Shown: positions 53,878 to 63,576, counted from the first letter of the stretch. The stretch is DNA of 64,000 nt from Anaeroplasmataceae bacterium (GCA_963590725.1 CAVAQB010000092.1:32864-96863), one strand, 5' to 3'. Numbers and translations: made by a program. Notes: a model not told the origin generated them from the letters alone.

Positions 53878-54085
53878 ATTCTAGTTTAATAACTTCTATA
53901 CTATCTCGTTTTAATTTAATAGAATCTTTATAATCCTTAATGATTATCTTTATTGTATCTGTTGTAACATCTTTCGATTTTTGTGATGTTCTACCTTGCA
54001 TAATTACATATGCTAACATTACAAGGCATATTGCAAATATAACATCACTTGTGTACTTTTTTAGATTTTTTAGTTTTTTCAACAT
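53870..54085 (-). CDS. Small single-pass membrane protein
   Basis: TM helix VIFAICLVMLAYVIM; TAG stop overlapping the next start. Confidence 0.5.
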   Translation of the reverse strand: MLKKLKNLKKYTSDVIFAICLVMLAYVIMQGRTSQKSKDVTTDTIKIIIKDYKDSIKLKRDSIEVIKLEYV

Positions 54086-54365
54086 TAGCTCTTTTCAAAT
54101 TATTTTCTTCAATAAATTTGGTAGGAGCTGCAACCCATTCTATATTAATAACTTTTAGTAACTCTTTAGTTTTACTTACTACTTTATATTTCTTTTTAAA
54201 AGTAAGTGGAGTAGGAGATGAAACATAGCGTGTATCTCCTAACTCATACCTACCTTCTTTAGTATAAAATAAATCTAAAGTAATACAATAAATAAAACTA
54301 TTAGATTTACACAATAAGTCATTAGCTTCTGTAAGGAAGCACTCCTGCTGGATAGGTTTTGCCAT
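54045..54365 (-). CDS. Hypothetical protein
   Basis: Intact 106-aa basic ORF. Confidence 0.5.
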   Translation of the reverse strand: MAKPIQQECFLTEANDLLCKSNSFIYCITLDLFYTKEGRYELGDTRYVSSPTPLTFKKKYKVVSKTKELLKVINIEWVAAPTKFIEENNLKRANVEKTKKSKKVHK

Positions 54366-54762
54366 TCCAGTGATACTTAATCACCAAACTTTTACCATTT
54401 ACTGAATATCTACTGAGAATACGCGCAATATCTCCTTGATGACATTTAGTAGAAAATGTGGTTTTATACTGGTTTCGACCCCACTTATCAACAGTCTTGA
54501 ACTTAGAATGTTTCTTTATTTGAATAATAAGTTTATCATAAACATCAAGAGGTGTGGGTGGAACTATTCTATGACCAAAGTTGTCATGACGTCTACGATA
54601 CTTACGTAACAACGCTTTTTCTTTATCAGTCTTCTCCCACACTTCTGGATCTCTTGGTTCTGCTTGAGGTTGTCTAATACCCAAAGCTACCATCAACTCA
54701 TTATCATACACATCTACGGGTTCAATTGTTCTCTGTACCATTTTTCCAATTTTTAAATTCAT
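54322..54762 (-). CDS. Hypothetical protein
   Basis: Intact 146-aa basic ORF. Confidence 0.55.
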   Translation of the reverse strand: MNLKIGKMVQRTIEPVDVYDNELMVALGIRQPQAEPRDPEVWEKTDKEKALLRKYRRRHDNFGHRIVPPTPLDVYDKLIIQIKKHSKFKTVDKWGRNQYKTTFSTKCHQGDIARILSRYSVNGKSLVIKYHWNGKTYPAGVLPYRS

Positions 54763-55021
54763 TAATTGTAAATTCTACTATATTACAAACAGTTTCTCTT
54801 TGTGATTTAGTCAAATTTGAACGTTTCTCTAATATATACAAATACTCTAATAATATATATCTAGCATCACATTCACCTGCTCTATTATTAATACTATATA
54901 GTACATTTTTTACAGGTCTTATCTTTTGAATGTTAGTTAATGTATCATTGAGTAATTGCATAAATTTAATATCTCCTGATAAATCTAAAATATCATTCAT
55001 TGACAGCTTCCCATTCGTCAA
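54722..55021 (-). CDS. Hypothetical protein
   Basis: Intact 99-aa ORF. Confidence 0.5.
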   Translation of the reverse strand: MTNGKLSMNDILDLSGDIKFMQLLNDTLTNIQKIRPVKNVLYSINNRAGECDARYILLEYLYILEKRSNLTKSQRETVCNIVEFTINEFKNWKNGTENN

Positions 55022-55322
55022 TGACGAACTCTAATTTAAGAAAATCACCATCAAAATGACATACAAATCCACCACAAGAAACTCCAGCTGGAGTATAATC
55101 TTTAGACTTTATAACTCCTGTCATATAACAGTTTATAACTTGTTCTAGTAATTCTGCTGCTCGTTTTTTAAGTTCTTCAACACTAGGAACTCTAAAATTT
55201 CCATCTGAATGTATCCATTCCCAATCTAGAACTTTCATTACATGATAAACTTTATCGAAATTGAAATTCTCCATTATGTTATCAATCAATTTTTGATACT
55301 CTCTTAGAATGTTAAGTTTCAT
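54993..55322 (-). CDS. Hypothetical protein
   Basis: Intact 109-aa ORF. Confidence 0.55.
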   Translation of the reverse strand: MKLNILREYQKLIDNIMENFNFDKVYHVMKVLDWEWIHSDGNFRVPSVEELKKRAAELLEQVINCYMTGVIKSKDYTPAGVSCGGFVCHFDGDFLKLEFVIDEWEAVNE

Positions 55323-55446
55323 TACGCTTTCCTTCCTGTTCTTTGATTAACACTTCCTGGCCTTGTAAGACCACGTTTTACATTCTCACTAAGTGAATCA
55401 AACCACTTTTGAGCGGCTTTAAGATTCTCAACTTTTTTCTTGTACT

Positions 55447-55866
55447 TCATAAGCATTGTGATGATTTAACTGCTAATTTATCTGCCATTTCATTATATTT
55501 ATCTCCTGTATGTCCGTGTACCCATTTAAAGGATATATTATTACAATAAGAAGATGCTTGTTCATAGGCTTTATCGTATATTTCCCATAAATCTACATTT
55601 TTCTTACGTTTCCAACCTTTTGTAGCACAACCGATAACATATTGTGAATCTGATATTATAGTAATACTATTTACCTTCTTTTTAACGGAACGTAATGCTA
55701 TTATAACTGCACGCATTTCCATTCTATTATTAGTAGTATTATTGTATTTTTTAGAATACTGTAATATCACTTTATCATCTTTTAAACAAATAACACCTAC
55801 TCCTCCAGCATTTCTGCTAGAAGAATAAGCACCATCCGTATAGAATACTAAATTAGACATAAGCAA
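55447..55866 (-). CDS. rnhA: Ribonuclease HI
   Basis: Catalytic pattern FYTDGAY, NNRMEMRAV, SDSQYV, HGHTG..YNEMADKLA. Confidence 0.85.
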   Translation of the reverse strand: MLMSNLVFYTDGAYSSSRNAGGVGVICLKDDKVILQYSKKYNNTTNNRMEMRAVIIALRSVKKKVNSITIISDSQYVIGCATKGWKRKKNVDLWEIYDKAYEQASSYCNNISFKWVHGHTGDKYNEMADKLAVKSSQCL

Positions 55867-56116
55867 TTAATTGTAAAGTATTATCTTTAATTTTCCACAA
55901 AGTATTTACTGACAATTCTTCACAATAAATATCTAACATAGCTCGAATTAATTTTTCTTTAAGTGGAATTGGAAGTTGCAAATAAACTTGAACTGCTATT
56001 TGCCCTTTTTTAGGGTCTCTCATACAAAATTGTAAGATTTCTTCAGTTGCTTCTTTATTTGTAAGTTTATGTTGAATAAACTTATTTCCAAATTTAATTA
56101 ATTGTTCTTTTGTCAT
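55853..56116 (-). CDS. Hypothetical protein
   Basis: Intact 87-aa ORF. Confidence 0.5.
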   Translation of the reverse strand: MTKEQLIKFGNKFIQHKLTNKEATEEILQFCMRDPKKGQIAVQVYLQLPIPLKEKLIRAMLDIYCEELSVNTLWKIKDNTLQLIAYV

Positions 56117-56925
56117 CGTTTAATGTTCCACATTGGAGTTTCACCACCACCTACAAGGACATCAATATTAGCACCTTGCTTATTTGCAATAGTTTCAATC
56201 CATTTCAAACTAATAAATTGATTTGGACTAAGATTCATCGCATTCATATAAGCTTTATCAGCTTCAGCTCTCTTTTTCTCAGCTTCAGCTCTTGCTGATT
56301 CCGCATTTGCTTTTTGTTCCATTGAGCGTTTCTGCTGAATATATTGTGCTGTTTTATTCATCTCCTCTAATTGATCTTGATTAGGTTTAGCTGCGCCTGT
56401 TGTAATGGAAAGAATCTTAATAGGAAATTCTTTATCTTTAGAAAGTTTAGCAACATAAACTGTTACATCTTTTATTAAAGCTTTATCAATTTCATTAAGA
56501 ACTTCACGGTTACTAATCAAATCAAATGGATTATACATTGATACATATTCACGAGTCTTATTTCTGTAATACACTTGAATATTATTGGCGTACCAATTCT
56601 CACCGTAATTCTTTAAAAGAATAGGAGCTTTACCTTTTTCTATTTGAATATTAATATAAGTATTAAAATCCAAAGGTGTATTATCATTAGAGAAAATATC
56701 ATCAAATGCTTCATCATACCTTTGTGGGGTTATTGTAAACATTTGATATTCAGTGGAAAACCAAATCCATTTCAAACCTGTTGTAACAGATTCAGAACGG
56801 ATACCACCATGACCCCAAAACACAGGCTTATCAATTAAAACTGCCTCTTGTTCTGCTGATGGTGTTACCTTGTGACAACTAGTAAAAGTCAACAATGCAA
56901 GACTTGCTAAAAATAATTTATTCAA
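56113..56925 (-). CDS. SPFH/Band-7-like lipoprotein
   Basis: Lipobox LLTFTSC at the N-terminus, a central region with an SPFH-like pattern, and a C-terminal Ala/Glu/Lys coiled coil (ESARAEAEKKRAEADKA). Confidence 0.5.
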   Translation of the reverse strand: MNKLFLASLALLTFTSCHKVTPSAEQEAVLIDKPVFWGHGGIRSESVTTGLKWIWFSTEYQMFTITPQRYDEAFDDIFSNDNTPLDFNTYINIQIEKGKAPILLKNYGENWYANNIQVYYRNKTREYVSMYNPFDLISNREVLNEIDKALIKDVTVYVAKLSKDKEFPIKILSITTGAAKPNQDQLEEMNKTAQYIQQKRSMEQKANAESARAEAEKKRAEADKAYMNAMNLSPNQFISLKWIETIANKQGANIDVLVGGGETPMWNIKR

Positions 56926-56927
56926 TG

Positions 56928-57599
56928 TTAATCATTTTTTATATTAATACTATAATTACTAACTCCTTCTTCTACTGGACGATATATCTTATCATATTTC
57001 CAAGATACTGTTTCTAATGTCTGATATTTATCATTATTAGAAATTACTTTATAATGATTGCGATAACTTTCATATACAAGATGTTCTTTACCTTCAGCAT
57101 CAGTTATTGTTTTATAGTTATCAACATCAAAATAAGATGCTAAATCCATCCAAGGTAGTAAATCAAGTAATTCATATTCCCAAACATTAATCGCATATTT
57201 CGGAACATCTACTTTACTGATAGACCATTTAAGTTCTCCGTCCTTTTTATAGAAACTAATTCTATCAATAAGACTTAAATCTCTTTGTATTTCTCCTTCT
57301 CTATCATCTGTAATAATATCATAAGTTTTAGAGAAATCATTTAGAAATATAAGCAAAAACTCCATAGGTCTACGTTCTTTTACAGGTATAGTCCAATCTA
57401 TATCAACATTGAAAGGACCAAATCGTAGACAATCATAGATAGTATTTCTAATATCTTCAGCTGTATGTATTTTTTCTTCTTTAGATAATTTATCATAAAA
57501 GAATTTTCCCATATCCTTTGCATAAGTAGTTACATATGTATGTCTACCTATACAATATCTATAGGACGTCCACATTAAATCTTTTAAAAATTCGTTCAC
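56928..57599 (-). CDS. Hypothetical protein
   Basis: Intact 223-aa ORF. Confidence 0.6.
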   Translation of the reverse strand: MNEFLKDLMWTSYRYCIGRHTYVTTYAKDMGKFFYDKLSKEEKIHTAEDIRNTIYDCLRFGPFNVDIDWTIPVKERRPMEFLLIFLNDFSKTYDIITDDREGEIQRDLSLIDRISFYKKDGELKWSISKVDVPKYAINVWEYELLDLLPWMDLASYFDVDNYKTITDAEGKEHLVYESYRNHYKVISNNDKYQTLETVSWKYDKIYRPVEEGVSNYSINIKND

Positions 57600-57850
57600 A
57601 GTGTATCCATTAACTTTTTAACTATGTCAGTCTTATTCAGACTAAATTTCTTAAACACATCTTCTTCTTTTACAAAATGTGTTTCTCCAGGGATTGCATA
57701 CCAAATATCTCCCATAACTGGCATTCCAAAATGTTTTCCAAAATGAGAATCTATCTTAATTCCAGTTACTTCAGTTTCTTTAATACCTTGACCCGTAAGA
57801 TAATACAATTTAGTACCAATATCTAATTTTGTTGTTACGTTTATTTGCAT
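57596..57850 (-). CDS. Hypothetical protein
   Basis: Intact 84-aa ORF. Confidence 0.5.
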   Translation of the reverse strand: MQINVTTKLDIGTKLYYLTGQGIKETEVTGIKIDSHFGKHFGMPVMGDIWYAIPGETHFVKEEDVFKKFSLNKTDIVKKLMDTL

Positions 57851-57852
57851 AA

Positions 57853-58089
57853 TTAATCAAAAGTTTCTACTACTTTTTTGTCTATTACTTCAGTTCTATG
57901 ATTCTTAACCCAAGCTTCAGCTTGTTCTAAAGTATCAAAACACACAAGAAAAAGAATATCTGTACAAATATCTCTTTCGGATACTTTAAACCAAAATGGA
58001 GTTGGAATACCCCATAGAGTATTTTCTTCTACTTGATATTCCGTTTTTCCATTTCGTAAAGTATATTTAACGATTCGGTATTTTTTCAT
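57853..58089 (-). CDS. Hypothetical protein
   Basis: Intact 78-aa ORF. Confidence 0.5.
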   Translation of the reverse strand: MKKYRIVKYTLRNGKTEYQVEENTLWGIPTPFWFKVSERDICTDILFLVCFDTLEQAEAWVKNHRTEVIDKKVVETFD

Positions 58090-58477
58090 ATATAATTTTA
58101 AATTCTTTAATTGGATATACTTTTATAGATACAATTTCAAAATCATAATCCATAGGAACACGAGGTACAAAATTTGAGTCAAATTTTACTGCACTACAAG
58201 CTATATTCATATTATCGTATACCCAATGTTTCCATTTAGTTGAATCATTCTTAGTCCATTCGTTATCTTTATACTCATGTACATAAGAAGTTAGATTATT
58301 TATAAGAACTTTATAAGTAACATTGTCTACATGATTAATCTCTTTATATGCAGCTTTACATAATTTCAAAGCGTCAAAACGAAACCAAACATCATGTACT
58401 GTAGACATATCACCTATGGTATTACACATAATAGGTTCTTCATCATAATCTACTAATACTTCAATTAGATATTTCAT
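58067..58477 (-). CDS. Hypothetical protein
   Basis: Intact 136-aa ORF. Confidence 0.55.
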   Translation of the reverse strand: MKYLIEVLVDYDEEPIMCNTIGDMSTVHDVWFRFDALKLCKAAYKEINHVDNVTYKVLINNLTSYVHEYKDNEWTKNDSTKWKHWVYDNMNIACSAVKFDSNFVPRVPMDYDFEIVSIKVYPIKEFKIIYEKIPNR

Positions 58478-58734
58478 TCTACTTCTATACTATATTTATT
58501 ATTATATGAATCACATTGTTCACAATAACCTAAATCCTCAACATCACCAACTGCCTCAACAAATTGTTCTACAAAATTATGTTTAATAGAATCTGTAAAT
58601 AATTTGCATTGCAGTATTTTCATACATACTTTAGTTTGTTCTTCAGATGTTAATTCGATGAATTCTTTACCATCAACTTCTAAAGAATAATTACAACCGT
58701 CAATTAGTACTAGTTTCATTGTTAATTCTATCAA
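58474..58734 (-). CDS. Hypothetical protein
   Basis: Intact 86-aa acidic ORF. Confidence 0.5.
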   Translation of the reverse strand: MIELTMKLVLIDGCNYSLEVDGKEFIELTSEEQTKVCMKILQCKLFTDSIKHNFVEQFVEAVGDVEDLGYCEQCDSYNNKYSIEVE

Positions 58735-59083
58735 ATATATTAGTTACTATAATTTCTAAAGGAAATGAATCAATTGTATGTGCAAAATTTGCTTCTGTCT
58801 CTTCTTTACTTAGAACTGAATAATTCGTTCGTTGTAGATGAAATTCAGAATCGTTATATTCTACATAAGGCCCATAAAAGGTTATATATTTACCTTGTAC
58901 AGTGTAACTTGTAGGTTTAAAATAACACTTATACCAGTGTGTAACATAAAAATACCACTTATGTAAATAAGATTCAGCTAAATTACTCAATTCAGCTACT
59001 TGTTCTTTTTCAAGTGTTTCAATTTCCTCTTTAAGTTTAGCAATTTGAGCTTCTTTTTCTTGAATTTTTTTTGATATTTCCAT
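58700..59083 (-). CDS. Hypothetical protein
   Basis: Intact 127-aa ORF with an N-terminal coiled coil. Confidence 0.55.
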   Translation of the reverse strand: MEISKKIQEKEAQIAKLKEEIETLEKEQVAELSNLAESYLHKWYFYVTHWYKCYFKPTSYTVQGKYITFYGPYVEYNDSEFHLQRTNYSVLSKEETEANFAHTIDSFPLEIIVTNIFDRINNETSTN

Positions 59084-59084
59084 A

Positions 59085-59732
59085 TTATTTTATAATAAAT
59101 TTAAATCTTTTTAAACCATTACCTTTCCGACAGTACAAGAAAACTCTACTTTCTTTGGGTAAATCCCATTTCTTTATCCATCTATGGAGTTTTCTTTTAC
59201 ATAAATGTCCATCATGGTATTTTATCCATCCATCTCCAAAACCATAATAAGCCTCATAATAATATCTCCATTTATCTTCTCGCTCAAAATAATCCATATG
59301 AGCGTTACCAAAGATAATCTCAATCTCCCAATGTTGCTGCTTACTCTTTATTTTGTTATTTTCAAAGGCTTTTATTTTATAATGAGGATTCTTAACCCCA
59401 TTTCTTCGGAATGTATCATACTCCGACTTTCTATTCTTAACACTTTGAACAAACCCTTCATCGTAGACCTCATTCATTCTGTCTTGAACAAATTGAATTG
59501 GACAATACCTTATGAGATATAAATCAAAAATATTATCAGTATTCCAAATTGGAATTTCTTCAACATTCTTTAATCGTCTAGATACTTCTTCTTCAGATTC
59601 TGGAATTAAATAATCCATTGGAGTTATCTTATTTCCATAATCGTCAGTAATTGTACCTACACTTTTACACCAGTTATACAATTCTTTATATTGTTCTACT
59701 GATGTGATATAAGTTTTATCAATTCCTGCCAT
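59085..59732 (-). CDS. Hypothetical protein
   Basis: Intact 215-aa ORF. Confidence 0.6.
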   Translation of the reverse strand: MAGIDKTYITSVEQYKELYNWCKSVGTITDDYGNKITPMDYLIPESEEEVSRRLKNVEEIPIWNTDNIFDLYLIRYCPIQFVQDRMNEVYDEGFVQSVKNRKSEYDTFRRNGVKNPHYKIKAFENNKIKSKQQHWEIEIIFGNAHMDYFEREDKWRYYYEAYYGFGDGWIKYHDGHLCKRKLHRWIKKWDLPKESRVFLYCRKGNGLKRFKFIIK

Positions 59733-60192
59733 TTATATACTTAGTGTTAATATTATCTTTTATATCTACTGAACCATACTTATCTTGGATTAATTTCTTT
59801 TGTAATCTTAATTCTGACTCAAGTTCTTTACTATAATCATTTTCATCATACTCGACATATAGACTTTGCCAATTCTCAGGGCCAAGGTCTTGTATAACCA
59901 TAAATCTAATAGTTTCTTGTATATGTTCTCCAAAATCAAGATATGCTATTCTCATTTCTCCTGCTGGGCCTTGTATTTTACAATAGAGTTCTTCATAATT
60001 TCTCTTAGTAAAGTATGATAAATCTCCATTTCTATCTAATACAGGTTTAGCTTCAAAATAAGGAATAAACAATTCTGTTAATACACAATCATCATAAATA
60101 AATCCAAGACTTTTAGGGACTTTAAGAATATATTTAACAAAAGGATAGTAGTTATTAAAAATTTCTATAAATTCTTCATCAGGATTCTTCAT
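59719..60192 (-). CDS. Hypothetical protein
   Basis: Intact 157-aa ORF. Confidence 0.55.
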   Translation of the reverse strand: MKNPDEEFIEIFNNYYPFVKYILKVPKSLGFIYDDCVLTELFIPYFEAKPVLDRNGDLSYFTKRNYEELYCKIQGPAGEMRIAYLDFGEHIQETIRFMVIQDLGPENWQSLYVEYDENDYSKELESELRLQKKLIQDKYGSVDIKDNINTKYINGRN

Positions 60193-60538
60193 TACTTACA
60201 TTTTCTAATTGTTCTAACTTAGTTACTCTATCCAAGATTTCTTGATGCTTATCTTCTAGACGTTGCATCCTTTTATTAAGTAGATGAATCATATCCAGAA
60301 GGTCTTTCTCATTGTTTAAAAGACTTACATACTGATTAGTGAGTTTTCTTTCAGATTTATCCCATTTATCGGTACTTTCTTTAATTAGTTCAGTAACCTT
60401 ATAATTAGAAGTAAGACATTCTGTATATTTCTTTTCTAAGTCTTTTATATATAGAGGTTTCTCTATATAAGCTATGTACATAAAGTACATAGTTATTATA
60501 CAGAAAAACCCTATTAATAAGTATTCTATTGTTATCAT
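60179..60538 (-). CDS. Single-pass membrane protein with coiled coil
   Basis: N-terminal TM LLIGFFCIITMYFMYIAYI followed by a heptad-rich tail. Confidence 0.55.
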   Translation of the reverse strand: MITIEYLLIGFFCIITMYFMYIAYIEKPLYIKDLEKKYTECLTSNYKVTELIKESTDKWDKSERKLTNQYVSLLNNEKDLLDMIHLLNKRMQRLEDKHQEILDRVTKLEQLENVSNEES

Positions 60539-60709
60539 TCTTTAAGTTTATTAAGATATTTTACTTCTATTAATTCTTTTGTCATGGTCTTATTCCATTT
60601 AGAACATAGAAGGCTCCTTTACAATAAGCATCAATGAAAACTTCTCTTTCTTGAGGTGCAGCATATATACTACTACAAGCTTCTGCCATCAGTCTTATTT
60701 GTTTTTCAG

Positions 60710-61198
60710 TCATCCTTTATACTCTATTTTATCTTGGTCAATCATAGAAAGAGCGTCAAGTACTCTATAAGCTGGAATTGTAGCAGTGCCATCTAAAACA
60801 TTACAGTATTGTTCTAAGAATCTCCATATTTTCTTAGCATCAGAGTCTGTTACATATTTTAGTCTTGATTTTACACTTTCAACTGCATTTAACTCAGGCC
60901 TAGTGATAGTTAAATCTGACTTTTCTTCTAAGAACATTACTTGCAGTTGTTTAATAGAAGGAATAAGAACGTTATTATATGATTGAACTACTTTAGTTAA
61001 ATCTTCTTTGATTTTCTCTATTTCTTCTTTTTGCAATTTAATACGATCTCCTAGAGTATCTTCTGTAGAAAGAATTTGAAGACGAAGATTACTTTCATCT
61101 CTGATTTCTTTATTTTTTAACTCATTATAGTTATGTTTTATATTATGAAAAACTATAAATAAGATAACAAGTAATATTATAAATGCTATTATTTCCAT
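60710..61198 (-). CDS. Single-pass membrane protein with coiled coil
   Basis: N-terminal TM IIAFIILLVILFIVF followed by a heptad-rich region. Confidence 0.55.
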   Translation of the reverse strand: MEIIAFIILLVILFIVFHNIKHNYNELKNKEIRDESNLRLQILSTEDTLGDRIKLQKEEIEKIKEDLTKVVQSYNNVLIPSIKQLQVMFLEEKSDLTITRPELNAVESVKSRLKYVTDSDAKKIWRFLEQYCNVLDGTATIPAYRVLDALSMIDQDKIEYKG

Positions 61199-61200
61199 AG

Positions 61201-61449
61201 TTATTCTTTAATTCCAAAAGGTTCTTCATCCATAAAAGTAAACCATCGAAGAGCATTAGTGAATAAACAAAAATCCATATAACCGTTAGAACCAGCTGTA
61301 TAGATACAATCATCTTCTATAACAAATATATGATAGAAAGACTCTTCATCTTTAATCCGACCAAAAGGTTCGTGCTTCTTCATTTCCTCAAAGCACTCTT
61401 CTTTAGAATTAAAAGGTCGATATAATTTTTTAACTTCTTCTCTTGTCAT
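61201..61449 (-). CDS. Hypothetical protein
   Basis: Intact 82-aa ORF. Confidence 0.5.
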   Translation of the reverse strand: MTREEVKKLYRPFNSKEECFEEMKKHEPFGRIKDEESFYHIFVIEDDCIYTAGSNGYMDFCLFTNALRWFTFMDEEPFGIKE

Positions 61450-61559
61450 TTCTTTTATAATTCAATAAATAATTCCATATTCTTTAGGGTTAGTACTTCG
61501 TATAGCCATTATTTCACTTAAGTCCTTTACAGTAAATAGAGGACAAGTATAGCTTCTCA

Positions 61560-61826
61560 TCATTGCTCTTCAGATTTAGGAAACTTTTCTGTAAACATTT
61601 TTGCTAGAGCTTGCTGATTACCTTCTATGTTATCCATTCTCTTCTCCTCAAGCTTAATAAGGTCAAGTAATTTTTTACATTGCTCTAGAGCTTCTTGATG
61701 ATGTCTAAGCTCACTCATAGCTATTTCTTGACATCTTAGAGAAAGATTCATAACATTTTTGATTGTACGCATATTCATTATACAAATAATTACACAAGCT
61801 AACATTATAATTACTATATTCATCAT
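61560..61826 (-). CDS. Single-pass membrane protein with coiled coil
   Basis: N-terminal TM NIVIIMLACVIICIM followed by a helical tail. Confidence 0.5.
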   Translation of the reverse strand: MMNIVIIMLACVIICIMNMRTIKNVMNLSLRCQEIAMSELRHHQEALEQCKKLLDLIKLEEKRMDNIEGNQQALAKMFTEKFPKSEEQ

Positions 61827-62230
61827 ATTGTTTCTTTAAGTCGTTCTATACTTTTTTGACTAAAATTTTCTGTAACCTTTGTCAGTGTTTCAAAAAAATG
61901 CTCTTTACTTATTTCCTTGATTCTACCAGATTCTAAATAAACCTTATATAAATCGGAACTTAGTGTTATTTGTCCAAGTAAATCAAAGGTAAAATAATAG
62001 TCATCTATATCATCTGAAAAACTATAATTAAATGTTCTACCTTGAAGAAATACATCACCATTGCGAACAGAAACAGAAGTTACATAAATATAACCAAAGT
62101 CTTCTATATGTAGATACTTACCTATCCAAGACTTTTCTTCTAATTGAACATAAAGTCTCTTTTTTTTGAGAAATTTGATTTGTTCAGAAAGCTCTTCAAT
62201 ATTCTCATCTATCTCCTTTATTGTTGTCAT
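61823..62230 (-). CDS. Hypothetical protein
   Basis: Intact 135-aa ORF. Confidence 0.55.
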   Translation of the reverse strand: MTTIKEIDENIEELSEQIKFLKKKRLYVQLEEKSWIGKYLHIEDFGYIYVTSVSVRNGDVFLQGRTFNYSFSDDIDDYYFTFDLLGQITLSSDLYKVYLESGRIKEISKEHFFETLTKVTENFSQKSIERLKETI

Positions 62231-62307
62231 TTTTCAAATATTTATCATATAAACACACTGCCTCAAATGCTATTTCATAAGCACATCATTTACCATATTT
62301 ATATAGA

Positions 62308-62601
62308 TTATAGTTCTTCTTTAATCTTAAACGTTAGGGTGTTCATGAGTCTATCTAGATTAAACAATGTCTCCTCAATAAAGAAGAAAGTTCGGCAATT
62401 ATTTTCTTTAATCCATTCTGTAAATCTCTCTGAGAAATCAGAGTAATCTTCACTATTAATAACTTCCTTGAATTTATTTAGAAGAACTTCCCTTAATTTT
62501 TCAAATGTAAGAGCATAACTACAATAGTATTGTTGTGTTATGTTACATAAAATTGTAGGAAGATGTTTCTCTATAGTTTGATTAAATTCATTTATATTCA
62601 T
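62308..62601 (-). CDS. Hypothetical protein
   Basis: Intact 97-aa ORF. Confidence 0.5.
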   Translation of the reverse strand: MNINEFNQTIEKHLPTILCNITQQYYCSYALTFEKLREVLLNKFKEVINSEDYSDFSERFTEWIKENNCRTFFFIEETLFNLDRLMNTLTFKIKEEL

Positions 62602-62993
62602 AATTTTATATCATCATCACATCCCAATGCCCATAAAATATGTTGTAATTGATGGACATACTTAATTTCTTTTTTACTTATATCTTCATTAGGATAATAG
62701 TCTGGACACGTATATAATTTACTGTCAACAAGATTATCACAAGTGCGCAAATATGCAGGTGAATCGTTAAAATAATAAATATATTCGTCACTACCTTTGC
62801 TCACTTCTGTCCAACCATTCTTAAGAAGAATGTCACCAGTAAGAGGAATAGGTTCTAAATATTTTTCCAAAGCACTGTTATCAACAGTAGCGTCAGGATA
62901 ATGAATTAAACATTCTCCATAGATGTTTATGCTAACAATCTTGGCTACTTTGCCATTATATTGTACCCAATCACCAAGTTTAAAATCTGTCAT
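62598..62993 (-). CDS. Hypothetical protein
   Basis: Intact 131-aa ORF. Confidence 0.55.
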   Translation of the reverse strand: MTDFKLGDWVQYNGKVAKIVSINIYGECLIHYPDATVDNSALEKYLEPIPLTGDILLKNGWTEVSKGSDEYIYYFNDSPAYLRTCDNLVDSKLYTCPDYYPNEDISKKEIKYVHQLQHILWALGCDDDIKL

Positions 62994-63387
62994 AATACTT
63001 CAAGTTTATTATTTTGATTATGCATATCTACTAGAAAATACAATAGTTGTTCACAAGATGTGCCAAAGCAATCACATTCATGCATTTTAGCTGCTGAACA
63101 ACTATTAATACAGAAAGCATTAGCTAACGCTTTCATTTCTTTTACTTCTGCCATATAATCTTAATTATTATAATTAATCAAATCTCTACAGGTTCATAAC
63201 TTACAAAAATATTAGATTCTTCTATTTCTATAGTATTTACACTTTTAAAGAATATATTTCGTTGTATAAATTCTCTGGAACAAACCAAAGGTTTTTATTA
63301 GCATCAAAGCCAATTTCTTCATATCTTGGATGTCCCATAAAGTCTTGAACTTCTGGCCAAGAAACTGATATATATTTATTCATTATA

Positions 63388-63576
63388 CTAAATTTTTACA
63401 GGTTCATTATCCCAACTCAGCTCTTTATCAATTAACTTTTTTATAGAGCCTTTAGGGAGAATAACAAAATCACTGTTATCTATACGAGGGTCATTAAGCC
63501 ATTCTTCTTCACCTCTTTTAGGAGGGTAACTAAAAATAACCTCACTACCATCCTTATCTACTACTAAGTATGCCAT
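63388..63576 (-). CDS. Hypothetical small protein
   Basis: 62-aa ORF directly downstream of the structured spacer; TAG stop. Confidence 0.5.
   Translation of the reverse strand: MAYLVVDKDGSEVIFSYPPKRGEEEWLNDPRIDNSDFVILPKGSIKKLIDKELSWDNEPVKI

Noticed and set aside
23595-62446. Plus-strand ORFs inside the minus-strand array (e.g. 29299..29721, 42795..43133, 52266..52775, 52450..52683, 59205..59522, 62144..62446)
   Set aside because: They lie antisense to well-supported genes (ligase, helicase-adjacent genes and others). Their composition is typical of antisense AT-rich frames and they have no motifs.
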